64,000 bases of DNA, from the sequence record OZ196212.1. One strand, given 5' to 3'. A model generated the notes under the pieces. The model saw only the letters and a list, made by a program, of their open reading frames with translations, searched no databases and was not told where the DNA came from. A program made the position numbers and the translations under genes. Positions 29,128 through 39,025 of this stretch are shown one piece after another; the stretch's first letter is position 1; every line of letters starts with the position of its first letter.

Positions 29128-30060
29128 ATGAGTTTAGAAGGGTTTTTTAAACGAAAGACTAAAACATTTGACGGTGAGCCTGAGGGCGTCAACTTAGTTG
29201 ACTTCAGTCAAATTGTCTTGAGTTCAATCATGGCTACATATAAGCCGACTGATTTACTGACGACTGACTTAATTCGTCACATCGTTCTTAACACGCTGCG
29301 CAGCAACGTACTAAAGAACAAAATCAAATATCCGCGCATTATTCTTTGTATAGATAATGGTCATGGCGGCTACTGGCGCAAGAAGAAGGCTTGGTATTAC
29401 AAGTTCAAACGTAGTTCGCAGCGTGACGAGTCGGGTTGGGATTTCGATATGATCTTTAATTCGATGGCTCTCATCAAAGAAGAGATTCGTCAGAACATGC
29501 CTTACTATGTTCTTGACATCGAGGGCGTTGAAGCCGATGACCATATCGGTGTTTTGACGAAATACTACGTGAACAAAAACGTTCCAGTATTGATTACGTC
29601 TTCAGATGGTGACTTTACGCAATTGCACACGAGCAAGCTTGTTCGTCAGTGGTCACCGATTCAGAAGAAGTGGGTAAAACCGAAGCATGGTTCGCCAGAA
29701 ATGGACATCATGTACAAGTGCATCAAGGGCGATAAGAAAGATGGCATCGCGCCTATGAAAGTGCCGAACGATCACTATACACACGGTGATGGTCGTCGCG
29801 CTCCACCGATTCGTGCAGAAGAGCTTCGAACGTTGATGACTTCTACTAAAGAAGAGCTGAAAACGTTACTTACCGATGAGCAATGGGTACGTTATGAAGA
29901 GAACAGAGAAATGCTTGATTTCGAGTTTATCCCGCAAGATATACATGATAGCATCATTTCTCAATTCGAAGAACAACGCCCTGCGCCGCGCAGTAAGTTG
30001 ATGATGTATTTTGCATCGAAAAAACTAGATAAACTCTTGGAAAATATGAGCGAATTCTAG
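29128..30060 (+). CDS. rnh: RNase H / 5'-3' flap exonuclease
   Basis: DFSQI, YWRKKKAWYYKFKR, EADDHIG, SSDGDFTQLH, KGDKKDGI motifs of T4 RNase H. Confidence 0.95.
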   Translation: MSLEGFFKRKTKTFDGEPEGVNLVDFSQIVLSSIMATYKPTDLLTTDLIRHIVLNTLRSNVLKNKIKYPRIILCIDNGHGGYWRKKKAWYYKFKRSSQRDESGWDFDMIFNSMALIKEEIRQNMPYYVLDIEGVEADDHIGVLTKYYVNKNVPVLITSSDGDFTQLHTSKLVRQWSPIQKKWVKPKHGSPEMDIMYKCIKGDKKDGIAPMKVPNDHYTHGDGRRAPPIRAEELRTLMTSTKEELKTLLTDEQWVRYEENREMLDFEFIPQDIHDSIISQFEEQRPAPRSKLMMYFASKKLDKLLENMSEF

Positions 30061-30070
30061 TTCAAAAACT

Positions 30071-30100
30071 TGTTTAACACGCTTCATGCTGCTGTATAAT
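30071..30100 (+). promoter_or_regulatory. TGTTTAAC-N16-TATAAT promoter (dsbA-33-59-32)
   Basis: Box 30071-30078, TATAAT 30095-30100. Confidence 0.75.
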
Positions 30101-30146
30101 TAGCAGCATGAACACAAACACTGACTAAAACATAATTGAGGCATCA

Positions 30147-30419
30147 ATGGAAAACATCGAATACGAAACAATCTCTACTCCGCAAGACAAGCAAGAAGTT
30201 ATCAACATGATCAAAGAAGCTGCTGCGTCGCTTTTACGCGCAGACTCTGAAGCTGATCTTCGTAAAGATATTGCAGCACGTGCGAAAGAAGAGTTCCAAA
30301 TTCCTGCTGCTGAGTTTAACAAACTGACGCGTTGGTATCATAAACAAAACCGTGCTGAAGAGCAAGCGAAGCACGAGAAAGTTGACACACTATACGAGAA
30401 GCTATTTGACGATGAATAA
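30147..30419 (+). CDS. dsbA: dsDNA-binding protein DsbA
   Basis: MIKEAA...RKDI..RAKEE....FNKL...YHKQ; between rnh and 33. Confidence 0.88.
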   Translation: MENIEYETISTPQDKQEVINMIKEAAASLLRADSEADLRKDIAARAKEEFQIPAAEFNKLTRWYHKQNRAEEQAKHEKVDTLYEKLFDDE

Positions 30420-30705
30420 AGATGACTATGTTCTCAAAGAAGAGCTTGGAAATCTAGTTCCGCCTATCAAAGGCAGCTTGAGACAGCAAATATCTCTTGA
30501 AATCGAAGAGATCTACAATAGCTGTCCTGCTACAACTTACCTAGAAGCGTGCTTGTTTTTCATTGAGCGATACGATTACGACATTAGTCGATTCCCGTAT
30601 CTGATCAATCAGACGCTGAAAGACAAAATTGAGACTGAGGCGATAAATGAAAAGACTATTAGAAGTCGATTTGGTTCTGCCTCGGACTTGGGTAAATGGG
30701 TTTAG
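30412..30705 (+). CDS. gp33: Late transcription co-activator
   Basis: SLEIE...TTYLEAC..FIE...LI.QTLKDKIETEAI.E; T4 synteny; ATG 30412. Confidence 0.85.
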   Translation: MNKDDYVLKEELGNLVPPIKGSLRQQISLEIEEIYNSCPATTYLEACLFFIERYDYDISRFPYLINQTLKDKIETEAINEKTIRSRFGSASDLGKWV

Positions 30706-31297
30706 CATATTTCGAGTCTATTGCGCGGTAAAAGCGCATATGGGTGGGAAGTACGATATTTCCAAGTACAAACTCGGTATGAAAACACCGCAGTCTGCGT
30801 TTGAAAAGCGTTCAGACAAGGTGTTTTTCGAGCGACTAGCCAAGCGGCTAACACTGAATGATTGCTATCAGTTACTGGTGAGTAACTTGGCAGCTAATCC
30901 AAACGCGATTTCATATGAGATTGCGGGTGCTGACGCGCATGAATTCTGGTTGAAACATACCGGATTTATGGAAATTTACAGTCAGCATTACAAAAATGAG
31001 CTACTTACGATTTTTACTCTTATAAATAAAGAGCAAAAGAAATTCAAAGACTTGTTTAGAGGTGAGGGGCATCCAGTTATAATGCAACTCGTGTTACGAA
31101 ATACAATCTCAATCGAGACGTTCGTAATTCTGAATAGACTTTTGAATTTTGTCCCTGTAATCGACAAAGATTACGGTGACGACATTTTTTGGCACGAGTT
31201 TAAGACGAGAGCTTTAGCATACGATAAGTTGCTGAAAATCGACGAAAAACTTGCAAAAGAAATGTTTATTCAAGTAAAAAATCAAAGTAAAATATAA
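30647..31297 (+). CDS. gp59: Helicase loader
   Basis: VY..VKAHMGGKYDISKY, FEKRSDKVFFERL, ISIETFVIL motifs; precedes 32. Confidence 0.9.
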   Translation: MKRLLEVDLVLPRTWVNGFSIFRVYCAVKAHMGGKYDISKYKLGMKTPQSAFEKRSDKVFFERLAKRLTLNDCYQLLVSNLAANPNAISYEIAGADAHEFWLKHTGFMEIYSQHYKNELLTIFTLINKEQKKFKDLFRGEGHPVIMQLVLRNTISIETFVILNRLLNFVPVIDKDYGDDIFWHEFKTRALAYDKLLKIDEKLAKEMFIQVKNQSKI

Positions 31298-31350
31298 AAC
31301 ACACTATACGATACTATATCAAACAATAAAATACAATAAGGTAATACAAC

Positions 31351-32259
31351 ATGACTATGTTTAAGCGCAAATCACCAGCAAAACTTCAAGAAAAACTTGA
31401 GCAAATGAGCACCAAAAAGTCTTACGACAACGCTGACGAGTGGAAACTTTCTACTGATAAGCTTGGTAACGGCTCTGCTGTGATTCGCTTCCTTCCTGCT
31501 AAAGGCGAAGACGACCTACCATTCGTAAAAATCTTCACTCACGGTTTCAAAGAAAACGGCAACTGGTTCATCGAAGCTTGTCCAAGCACTATCGATCTTC
31601 CATGTCCATGCTGTGCAGCTAACGGCGAGCTTTGGAAAACTGAGAACGAAGACAATCAAAACATTGCACGTAAGCGCAAGCGTACTCTTTCTTACTGGGC
31701 AAACGTATACATCATCAAAGATGAAGCGAACCCAGAAAACGAAGGCAAGACATTCAAATACCGCTTCGGTAAGAAAATTCTTGACAAGATCACTCAAGCA
31801 GCTCAAGCAGACGACGACCTAGGTGTACCTGGTATGGACGTAACTTGTGTGTTTGACGGTGCTAACTTCTCTCTAAAAGCGAAGAAAGTATCTGGTTTCC
31901 CTAACTACGACGACTCTAAATTTGGTCCAAGCACTGAGCTTTGCGGCGGTGACGAAACTAAACTTGGCGAAATCTGGGAAGCGATGCACGATCTAAACGC
32001 TATCATCGCTCCATCAGCGTTCAAATCTGAAGCTGATTTGCAAAAACGCTTCTTACAAGTGACTGGTGCTCAGACTCCAAAAGCGTCTGCTGCTCAAAAT
32101 CTTGAAGCGCAAATCAACACTTCAGCGCCTGCTCAAGCTAACGCTCAAAAGCCGGCAACTCAATCTGCTCCAGCGAAAGTTGAAGTTGACGAGCCGCTGA
32201 AAGACTCAAGCGACGACGAACTAGACGCATTACTTGCGGATCTAGAACTAGACGGCTAG
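31351..32259 (+). CDS. gp32: Single-stranded DNA-binding protein
   Basis: GNGSAVIRFLP, HGFKENGNWFIEACP..CPCC zinc site, YWANVYIIKD, FKYRFGKKI, YDDSKF, acidic tail. Confidence 0.97.
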   Translation: MTMFKRKSPAKLQEKLEQMSTKKSYDNADEWKLSTDKLGNGSAVIRFLPAKGEDDLPFVKIFTHGFKENGNWFIEACPSTIDLPCPCCAANGELWKTENEDNQNIARKRKRTLSYWANVYIIKDEANPENEGKTFKYRFGKKILDKITQAAQADDDLGVPGMDVTCVFDGANFSLKAKKVSGFPNYDDSKFGPSTELCGGDETKLGEIWEAMHDLNAIIAPSAFKSEADLQKRFLQVTGAQTPKASAAQNLEAQINTSAPAQANAQKPATQSAPAKVEVDEPLKDSSDDELDALLADLELDG

Positions 32260-32269
32260 AACGAATGAG

Positions 32270-32288
32270 AGGGGCTTTCGAGCCCCTT
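32270..32288 (+). terminator. Stem-loop after gene 32 (weak U-tract)
   Basis: AGGGGCT-TTCG-AGCCCCT. Confidence 0.55.
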
Positions 32289-32306
32289 GGTTCTCTAGGA
32301 GAGTCT

Positions 32307-32846
32307 ATGAAAGTTCAAATCGTTTTTGCTCACGCTATGAGTAAATCGCAACACGCTCCATTCGGCAACAAAAACTCACTCCCATGGAAACACAACAAAG
32401 AAGATCTATCTTTCTTCAAACGAATCACCGCTAATAGCGTTCTTGTAATGGGTTCTAACACGTTTGAATCTTTACCCGGTAAACTGGTCGGACGTCCTCA
32501 TATAGTGCGCTCACGCTCTAATACAGCTACGGCACGCAATGGCGACCGCGCAGACTTTTATACTTCAATGCATTTTACAGATCTTATCGAAGATTTGACG
32601 AATGAATACGGTGAAGACTACGACACAATAAGCGTAATTGGTGGACCAGAGGTTATATTTTCAGCACTGCGATATGCAGACTGCATATATAAAACTACGA
32701 TAGCTGAAAAAATCGAAGCGTACGACGTTACGATTGATTTGACTAAAGTATTTTGCTCTTTTCCACAATCGGAAAAACTAGAAATAACAGAGTGCGAAAA
32801 CGGCTCGGTTATTTTCATTGAGAAGTTAACAAAAGGTGATATATGA
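32307..32846 (+). CDS. frd: Dihydrofolate reductase
   Basis: FGNKNSLPWKHNKEDLSFFK, VMGSNTFESLPGKLVGRPH, VIGG; ATG 32307 with SD GGAG. Confidence 0.92.
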   Translation: MKVQIVFAHAMSKSQHAPFGNKNSLPWKHNKEDLSFFKRITANSVLVMGSNTFESLPGKLVGRPHIVRSRSNTATARNGDRADFYTSMHFTDLIEDLTNEYGEDYDTISVIGGPEVIFSALRYADCIYKTTIAEKIEAYDVTIDLTKVFCSFPQSEKLEITECENGSVIFIEKLTKGDI

Positions 32847-33580
32847 TTTTTAAAAGTAATGTTGGTTGGTTTGCAGGCGCGGGTTCTGTTCGTCACGATT
32901 TTTACATCAACGGGCCAATCGAAGAGCCAAATGATTACGAAGAAATGCTTCAGATTCTGCATACAGCTTCTGAAACAGACGCAATCTATTTGCACTTGAA
33001 CACACCCGGTGGTAACTTCGCGGCAGCATGTCAAATCTGTGATGCGATTATGCAATCAAAGGCAGGTGCAGTAATTGCATGTGCTGAAGGGGATGTTTGC
33101 AGTGCAGGCACAATGATTTTCCTAGCTTGTAATGGCTGGCACGTGAGTCCGTTTAGTACGTTCATGTTCCATACTTCAAGCGGCGGTCAAATCGGTAAAA
33201 TGCCTGACACGTTGAAGCAAGCGAAAGCGCACGAAGAACACTTGAATCGCGTAGCAGGTTTGCTATACGACCCGTTCTTCAGCGAAGACGAAATCGATCA
33301 AATCATCAACTACAACCAAGACGTTTGGTTGACGCCTGAAGAAGTAACTGAGCGTCTAACTGAAATGTCGAAGCGTTTCGAAGCTGAACTAAAAGAAGCT
33401 GAAGAACAAATTGCAGGTGATTTGGAATCTCAACTTGAAGAACAGATCGCAGAACGAGTAGAAGCGGGCGTGAAAGCTGCGCTAGAAGCTCTGAAGCCAG
33501 TCGAAGTTCAAGAAGCTGTTGAAGCTATTGAGCCAGAAGAAGTTCCGTACGAACCTCGTGAAGTGGCAGAAGACGAGTAA
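32843..33580 (+). CDS. ClpP-like serine protease subunit with acidic tail
   Basis: IYLHLNTPGG, CSAGTMIFLA (Ser), FMFH (His), QDVWLTPEE (Asp). Confidence 0.85.
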   Translation: MIFKSNVGWFAGAGSVRHDFYINGPIEEPNDYEEMLQILHTASETDAIYLHLNTPGGNFAAACQICDAIMQSKAGAVIACAEGDVCSAGTMIFLACNGWHVSPFSTFMFHTSSGGQIGKMPDTLKQAKAHEEHLNRVAGLLYDPFFSEDEIDQIINYNQDVWLTPEEVTERLTEMSKRFEAELKEAEEQIAGDLESQLEEQIAERVEAGVKAALEALKPVEVQEAVEAIEPEEVPYEPREVAEDE

Positions 33581-33639
33581 TCAAATTGAGAATAAGGGGT
33601 GGCTTTTGTCGCTCCTTTTGTTTTTAGAAAAGGTAAAAT

Positions 33640-34740
33640 ATGTCAGATTTAATGAAATCGATGAAGAAATCAAGCACTTCTGGTTACGCTCACGTACTGT
33701 CTGAGAGTAACTTCATGTTTGAAAAAGATCACACTCGAACGTACGTTCCTGCGATTAACATCGCGTTTAGTGGTGAAGTAGATGGTGGCTTAACGTCGGG
33801 ACTTACAGTTCTAGCGGGTCCGTCAAAGCACTTCAAGTCGAATCTAGGTCTAGTTGGCGTTGCTGCATACTTGAAGAAGTACCCTGAAGCTGTTTGTGTG
33901 TTCATCGATACTGAATTCGGTATCACACCCGCTTACTTGAAATCACAAGGCGTTGATCCTGATCGTGTGCTGCACATTCAATGTGAGTCAGTTGAACGAA
34001 TGAAGTTCGAAATGGCGAATCAGCTTAAAGATCTTGCTGAACGTAAACGTGCGATGAAAAAAGGCGATGAGCCAGACCGTGTTGTGTTCTTCATTGACTC
34101 GGTTGGTAACGTAGCATCAGCGAAAGAAATCGAAGACGCGCAGAACGAATCTAGCAAAGCAGATATGACGCGTGCAAAACAACTTAAATCACTGTTCCGT
34201 ATTGTAACACCGTACTTCACGATGCTTGACATTCCGTGTATTGCGATTAACCATACGTATCAGACTCAAGAAATGTATGCAAAAACTGTCATGAGTGGCG
34301 GTACGGGTATCATGTACTCTGCTGATACAGTAATCATCTTGGGTAAACAGCAAGAAAAAGACGGCAAAGAAATTGTCGGCTATCACTTCATCATGAATAT
34401 CGAGAAGTCTCGATTCGTTAAAGAGAAGATGAAAATTCCGTTGACAGTAACGTACGAAGATGGTATCGACCCGTTCAGTGGTCTACTAGATATCGCGTTG
34501 CAGACTGGACACGTTGTCAAACCGTCAAACGGTTGGTATCAGCGTTCATTTGTCGATTTGGAAACAGGCGAGCAAACGGTAGAAGAAAAGAAATATCGTG
34601 CTAAAGAGACGCAAGCAGCGTCATTCTGGAAGCCTATCATCAATGACGAGTCATTCAAAGATGGCGTTAAGCGTCTTTACTGTCTTGGTCAAATGAACGA
34701 AGACGATATCATGGAAGAAGTGGAAAGCTTGTTCGAATAA
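33640..34740 (+). CDS. uvsX: RecA-like recombinase UvsX
   Basis: INIAFSG, AGPSKHFKS Walker A, DTEFG, FIDSVGN, DMTRAKQLKSLFRIVTP, SGGTG. Confidence 0.97.
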   Translation: MSDLMKSMKKSSTSGYAHVLSESNFMFEKDHTRTYVPAINIAFSGEVDGGLTSGLTVLAGPSKHFKSNLGLVGVAAYLKKYPEAVCVFIDTEFGITPAYLKSQGVDPDRVLHIQCESVERMKFEMANQLKDLAERKRAMKKGDEPDRVVFFIDSVGNVASAKEIEDAQNESSKADMTRAKQLKSLFRIVTPYFTMLDIPCIAINHTYQTQEMYAKTVMSGGTGIMYSADTVIILGKQQEKDGKEIVGYHFIMNIEKSRFVKEKMKIPLTVTYEDGIDPFSGLLDIALQTGHVVKPSNGWYQRSFVDLETGEQTVEEKKYRAKETQAASFWKPIINDESFKDGVKRLYCLGQMNEDDIMEEVESLFE

Positions 34741-34744
34741 TCAA

Positions 34745-34769
34745 GAAGCCGCTTTTAGCGGCTTTTTTT
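34745..34769 (+). terminator. Rho-independent terminator
   Basis: AAGCCGC-TTTTA-GCGGCTT followed by a T-run. Confidence 0.75.
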
Positions 34770-34782
34770 ATAGGTAAAATAT

Positions 34783-35082
34783 ATGACTCCGAATGAAGTA
34801 AGCGAAATTCTGACTGGAATTAACGAACACGTTAAATTTAGTATCTTAATTGATGATGTTGAAGTTTATGTGACAGGGATTATCGTTGATAATAGCGGTA
34901 GACTTAAAGTTGAGTTTGTTACTCAACACCCCGAGCGTGAAGACGAAGTTCGTCCACACGTAGAGGCATGTATTATGAAACTTATTAGTGAAGAACAGAA
35001 AAAAAGTGAGGCGACGCAATGCAAATCGAACAGTCGATTTTCTCGAATCTTATCGAAAATCAAGAATATTATGCAACGGTAA
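34783..35082 (+). CDS. gp40: Head vertex assembly chaperone
   Basis: VYVTGI...LKVEF.T...L.PHVEACI pattern; uvsX-40-41 synteny. Confidence 0.75.
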   Translation: MTPNEVSEILTGINEHVKFSILIDDVEVYVTGIIVDNSGRLKVEFVTQHPEREDEVRPHVEACIMKLISEEQKKSEATQCKSNSRFSRILSKIKNIMQR

Positions 35083-36422
35083 TACCGCATCTTAAAAAAG
35101 AGTATTTTCCGTCAGTAGCATATCAGCATGTATTCTCGATGATTAAGAATCACGGTGACGAGTATAAGCGACGTGCAACGCTCGAAGTATTAAAGGTTGG
35201 TCTAGAATCACTAAACGGTATCAGTGAATACGATTACGCTGAGATTCAGCAAATTATCTCGAATCTTGAACCACATCCGACGCACGACTTGCGTTGGTTA
35301 GTGGACGAAACAGAAAAATACTGCATTGAGCAAAGCACGTTCAATGCACTAAGTGAAGCACTTGCAATTCAAGAAAACGCAGCAAAACCATTTGATCAGC
35401 AAAACAAGAAAATGAAAACAATCGGGGCGATTCCCGATATGATGCGCGAAGCATTATCAGTCTGTTTTGATACATCAGTGGGTCATGATTACTTTGCTGA
35501 TTGGGAACCGCGCTACAAATCATACATTGAGAAAGCAGCAAAGCTCCCGTTCAAGCTAAACATCTTGAACAAAATTACACAAGGTGGCATCGAGCGAAGC
35601 ACGTTGAATCTTCTTCTAGCGGGTTCTAACGTCGGTAAATCGCTTGCACTATGTCACTTAGCAACTGAATACTTACTACAAGGCTACAACGTTCTGTACA
35701 TCAGTATGGAAATGAGTGAAGCGGCAGTGTCTAAACGTATCGATGCGAACTTGATGGACGTCAGTATGGACGACTTCGACACGATTACCGAAAAGACATA
35801 CGGCAATAAGATTCAGAATCTTGAGAAGAAAACTCAAGGCAAGTTATTCATTAAACAGTTCCCGACTGCGGGTGCGAACGTTACTCACTTCAATACATTG
35901 ATGAATGAGCTTCGTACGAAGAAAGACGTTGTTCCCGACATTGTTATTATCGATTATCTTGGTATCTGTGCGTCGTCACGTGTAGCAAGCTCAGAAAACA
36001 CATACGTTCATGTTAAAGCAATCGCTGAAGAGATTCGTGGTTTTGCTGTTGAACACAACGTCGGTGTATGGTCTGCTGCTCAGACAACGCGTTCAGCATG
36101 GGATGCGTCTGATATGGGAATGGGAGACATTGCAGAATCTGCGGGTCTAGCTCACACGGCTGACTTGATTCTCGGTGTCATGGAAACTGAAGAAACGGTT
36201 GCACTCGGACAGCAACGTGTCAAACAAATCAAGTCACGTTATGCAGATCGAAATCAAGATCAAACGTTCATGATTGCAGTTAACAAGGGCAAACAAAGAT
36301 GGGGTGATGTAGATGGAACAGCAAATTACGCTGCGCCTGCGTCGATACAAGCGAAATCGGCGTCTCCTTTTAATCAGAAAAAAGAGCAAACGTCTGAGAA
36401 GACAGAGGCGGTAAATTGGTAG
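35019..36422 (+). CDS. gp41: Replicative DNA helicase
   Basis: FDTSVGHDYF, AGSNVGKSL, YISMEM, IIDYLGIC, AEEIRGFAVE, WSAAQTTR, ESAGLAHTAD, KSRY. Confidence 0.97.
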   Translation: MQIEQSIFSNLIENQEYYATVIPHLKKEYFPSVAYQHVFSMIKNHGDEYKRRATLEVLKVGLESLNGISEYDYAEIQQIISNLEPHPTHDLRWLVDETEKYCIEQSTFNALSEALAIQENAAKPFDQQNKKMKTIGAIPDMMREALSVCFDTSVGHDYFADWEPRYKSYIEKAAKLPFKLNILNKITQGGIERSTLNLLLAGSNVGKSLALCHLATEYLLQGYNVLYISMEMSEAAVSKRIDANLMDVSMDDFDTITEKTYGNKIQNLEKKTQGKLFIKQFPTAGANVTHFNTLMNELRTKKDVVPDIVIIDYLGICASSRVASSENTYVHVKAIAEEIRGFAVEHNVGVWSAAQTTRSAWDASDMGMGDIAESAGLAHTADLILGVMETEETVALGQQRVKQIKSRYADRNQDQTFMIAVNKGKQRWGDVDGTANYAAPASIQAKSASPFNQKKEQTSEKTEAVNW

Positions 36423-36664
36423 AGATCATTGGGTCGAAGTATTGCATGGCTTGTTATCAAGTTCGCAAGACACTAGACAGGCGAAACATAGAGTACGCAT
36501 TTCACGATGCGTACGACGAATCTGAACGCTATAAAGTCTTGCAGAAGATTGGCGAAGATGATGGGTATATTCACCACCCTGTTGGGTTTATCAACGGGGA
36601 GTGTATTGGTAGTGGCGGTGCTAGTATTCTTAATAGCATCGACAAGTTTTTAGAAGAGGAATAG
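36416..36664 (+). CDS. Glutaredoxin-like protein
   Basis: GSKYCMAC CxxC, HPVGFINGECIG; directly upstream of nrdD. Confidence 0.82.
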   Translation: MVEIIGSKYCMACYQVRKTLDRRNIEYAFHDAYDESERYKVLQKIGEDDGYIHHPVGFINGECIGSGGASILNSIDKFLEEE

Positions 36665-38497
36665 ATGAAAGACGAAATTTTAGATATTGTTAGTGGTTCT
36701 GGTAACAACAAAGAAAACGCAAACAAAGATTCAAAAGTGATCCCAACAATGCGTGACTTGGTAGCAGGTACAGTATCGAAGCAATATGCACTTGAAGACA
36801 TATTGCCGAAAGAGATTGCCGACGCTCATATCAGCGGTGACATTCACTTTCACGATTTAGATTACAGTCCGCTGTTCCCGCAATTCAACTGCATGATCAT
36901 CGATATCAAAGGCATGTTTGAACATGGTTTTAAAATGGGTAACGCTGAAATCACAGAGCCGAATAGCATTTCGACTGCTGCGACTATCGTAACTCAGATT
37001 ATTCAACAAGTGTCTAGTCACATCTATGGCGGTAACACGATTAACCGCATTGATGAAGTGCTTGCACCGTATGTTCGCAAATCGTACTACAAATGGCTTG
37101 AAATCGGTCGCGAAGAACATCCCGACTCTGATTCGAAAGCTGCTATCTTCGCCCGCAAGCGCGTAGAGAAAGAAACGTACGACGCGTTCCAGACGTTTGA
37201 GTATCAAGTTAACACTATGCAGACATCGAATGGTCAAACGCCATTCACGACTATCAACTTCGGTCTTGGTACATCATGGGAAGAGAAGCTAATTCAAAAA
37301 AGCATTCTTCAGAATCGTATCGATGGTCTAGGTAAGACGCGCAAGACTGCGATTTTCCCTAAGCTTGTGTTCACGCTGCGCGATGGTGTCAATCTGAAAC
37401 AAGGTGACCCGTGTTACGGCATCAAGAAGCTTGCTCTTGAATGTGCGAGTAAACGCATGTATCCCGACGTTCTGAACTACGACCGATTAGTCGAAACGAC
37501 TGGTGGCTTTAAAGCACCAATGGGTTGTCGCTCGTTCTTAGGCGAATACGAAGAAAACGGTGAAGTGATTCACGATGGTCGAAACAATCTTGGCGTTGTG
37601 TCAGTGAACGTTCCGCGTATCGCGATTGAAGCAAGTGGCGACTTGGAAAGATTCTTTGAAATCTTACATGACCGCTGCACGATTGCGTTTGATGCTCTAA
37701 TGCTGCGTATAAAGCGTTTTGACGACGTTAAAGCGTCAGTTGCACCGATTCTATACACAGAAGGCGCGATGGGCGTACGATTGAATCCAGACGACAATGT
37801 AAGCGAAGTGTTCAAGAACGGTCGAGCAAGTATCTCACTTGGTTACATCGGGTTGCACGAAGCTGTTACGCTATTGTCTCATGACAAAGAATCGCATACG
37901 TTCAATTCGCATCACAAACAGTTCTTAGCTGAGAAGATCGTCGAGACGTTGCGCAAGTACACTGATATGTGGAAAGAAGCAACTGGTTACGGTTTCAGCT
38001 TGTACAGCACACCGAGCGAATCATTGTGTGATCGTTTCTGTCGTCTTGATCAAGAGAAATACGGTGTTATTCAAGGCATCAATGACAAAGACTACTACAC
38101 GAACTCGTTCCACTTAGATGTGTTCAAGAAAGTAAATCCGTTTGAGAAGATTGACTTCGAATCGCGATACCCTCAACACGCAAGTGGCGGTTTCATCGTT
38201 TACGCTGAGTTCCCGAACATGCGTGACAACTTGAAAGGTCTTGAGCGCGTATGGGATTACTCGTACACTCGCGTGCCGTACTTCGGTACTAACACGCCGA
38301 TTGATCAGTGTACGTGTGGTTGGTCTGGTGAAGCACATGCAGATTCGGATGGGTTCAGTTGTCCTACGTGTGGCGAACGCGACCCTGAGAAACTTCACGT
38401 GACTCGTCGAGTCTGTGGCTATCTCGGTAACCCGGGTGCTCGTGGTTGGAATCACGGCAAGACAGTTGAAATGAAAAATCGAGTTAAACACCAATAA
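36665..38497 (+). CDS. nrdD: Anaerobic ribonucleoside-triphosphate reductase
   Basis: ENANKDS, GDIHFHDLDY, NCM, QTPFTT, MGCRSFL, GRNNLGVVS, TPSESLC, zinc CTC..CPTC, RRVCGYLG glycyl-radical motif; no ATP cone or intron. Confidence 0.97.
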   Translation: MKDEILDIVSGSGNNKENANKDSKVIPTMRDLVAGTVSKQYALEDILPKEIADAHISGDIHFHDLDYSPLFPQFNCMIIDIKGMFEHGFKMGNAEITEPNSISTAATIVTQIIQQVSSHIYGGNTINRIDEVLAPYVRKSYYKWLEIGREEHPDSDSKAAIFARKRVEKETYDAFQTFEYQVNTMQTSNGQTPFTTINFGLGTSWEEKLIQKSILQNRIDGLGKTRKTAIFPKLVFTLRDGVNLKQGDPCYGIKKLALECASKRMYPDVLNYDRLVETTGGFKAPMGCRSFLGEYEENGEVIHDGRNNLGVVSVNVPRIAIEASGDLERFFEILHDRCTIAFDALMLRIKRFDDVKASVAPILYTEGAMGVRLNPDDNVSEVFKNGRASISLGYIGLHEAVTLLSHDKESHTFNSHHKQFLAEKIVETLRKYTDMWKEATGYGFSLYSTPSESLCDRFCRLDQEKYGVIQGINDKDYYTNSFHLDVFKKVNPFEKIDFESRYPQHASGGFIVYAEFPNMRDNLKGLERVWDYSYTRVPYFGTNTPIDQCTCGWSGEAHADSDGFSCPTCGERDPEKLHVTRRVCGYLGNPGARGWNHGKTVEMKNRVKHQ

Positions 38498-38522
38498 GAA
38501 AAGCGCCTTCGGGCGCTTTTTT
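38498..38522 (+). terminator. Terminator with UUCG loop
   Basis: AAAAGCGCC-TTCG-GGCGCTTTTTT. Confidence 0.88.
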
Positions 38523-38542
38523 CGTTTTTATTGAAAAAGTGG

Positions 38543-38571
38543 TTGCACTGAAAATCAAATGAGCCTAATAT
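38543..38571 (+). promoter_or_regulatory. Early promoter TTGCAC-17-TAATAT
   Basis: Preceded by an A-tract; leader carries an 18-nt sequence repeated at 49182. Confidence 0.75.
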
Positions 38572-38616
38572 TACTTCATCGCAACGACGCGACCACTTAC
38601 AAAGAGAGATTACATT

Positions 38617-39024
38617 ATGCTATACATTAACTTGACTACTTGCTCTGTACTAACTTCTGAAGAAGCTCACAACGACCGTATGCAAGGTCACGATGTTCAA
38701 TCTCGTTGGGATTGGTCAACACTTGCGCAAGTAACTGACGTTTGTAACATGCTTGATCAAGAGAAGTACATGGTTGTTGAAACAAACGCACTGCCGAAGT
38801 ACGATATCATTGAGAAGCCGCGAGTTGGTGACGATGTTAGCTACTCATTCAACGGTGATTCTCGCCCTGACGGTCAAATCAAAAGCATTTCAAAAACAAT
38901 GAAGATCATCACTACTACGACTGGTAACAAATACTATCGTCGCGGTCAGTCTGCAACGTGGAAACGTAGCGGTACTTGGACTCTAGTTGGCGGTCATCAC
39001 AACAAAACAAACATGGAGTTTTAA
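38617..39024 (+). CDS. Early hypothetical protein (135 aa)
   Basis: SD GAGAG; first gene after the early promoter. Confidence 0.75.
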   Translation: MLYINLTTCSVLTSEEAHNDRMQGHDVQSRWDWSTLAQVTDVCNMLDQEKYMVVETNALPKYDIIEKPRVGDDVSYSFNGDSRPDGQIKSISKTMKIITTTTGNKYYRRGQSATWKRSGTWTLVGGHHNKTNMEF

Positions 39025-39025
39025 T

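Noticed and set aside
38482-38490. Minus-strand TGTTTAAC at the end of nrdD
   Set aside because: Inside coding sequence and pointing antisense, with no gene downstream on that strand; treated as chance and not counted.
36665-38497. Group I intron in nrdD (and in td, 47504-48403)
   Set aside because: Both reading frames are continuous and of normal length.
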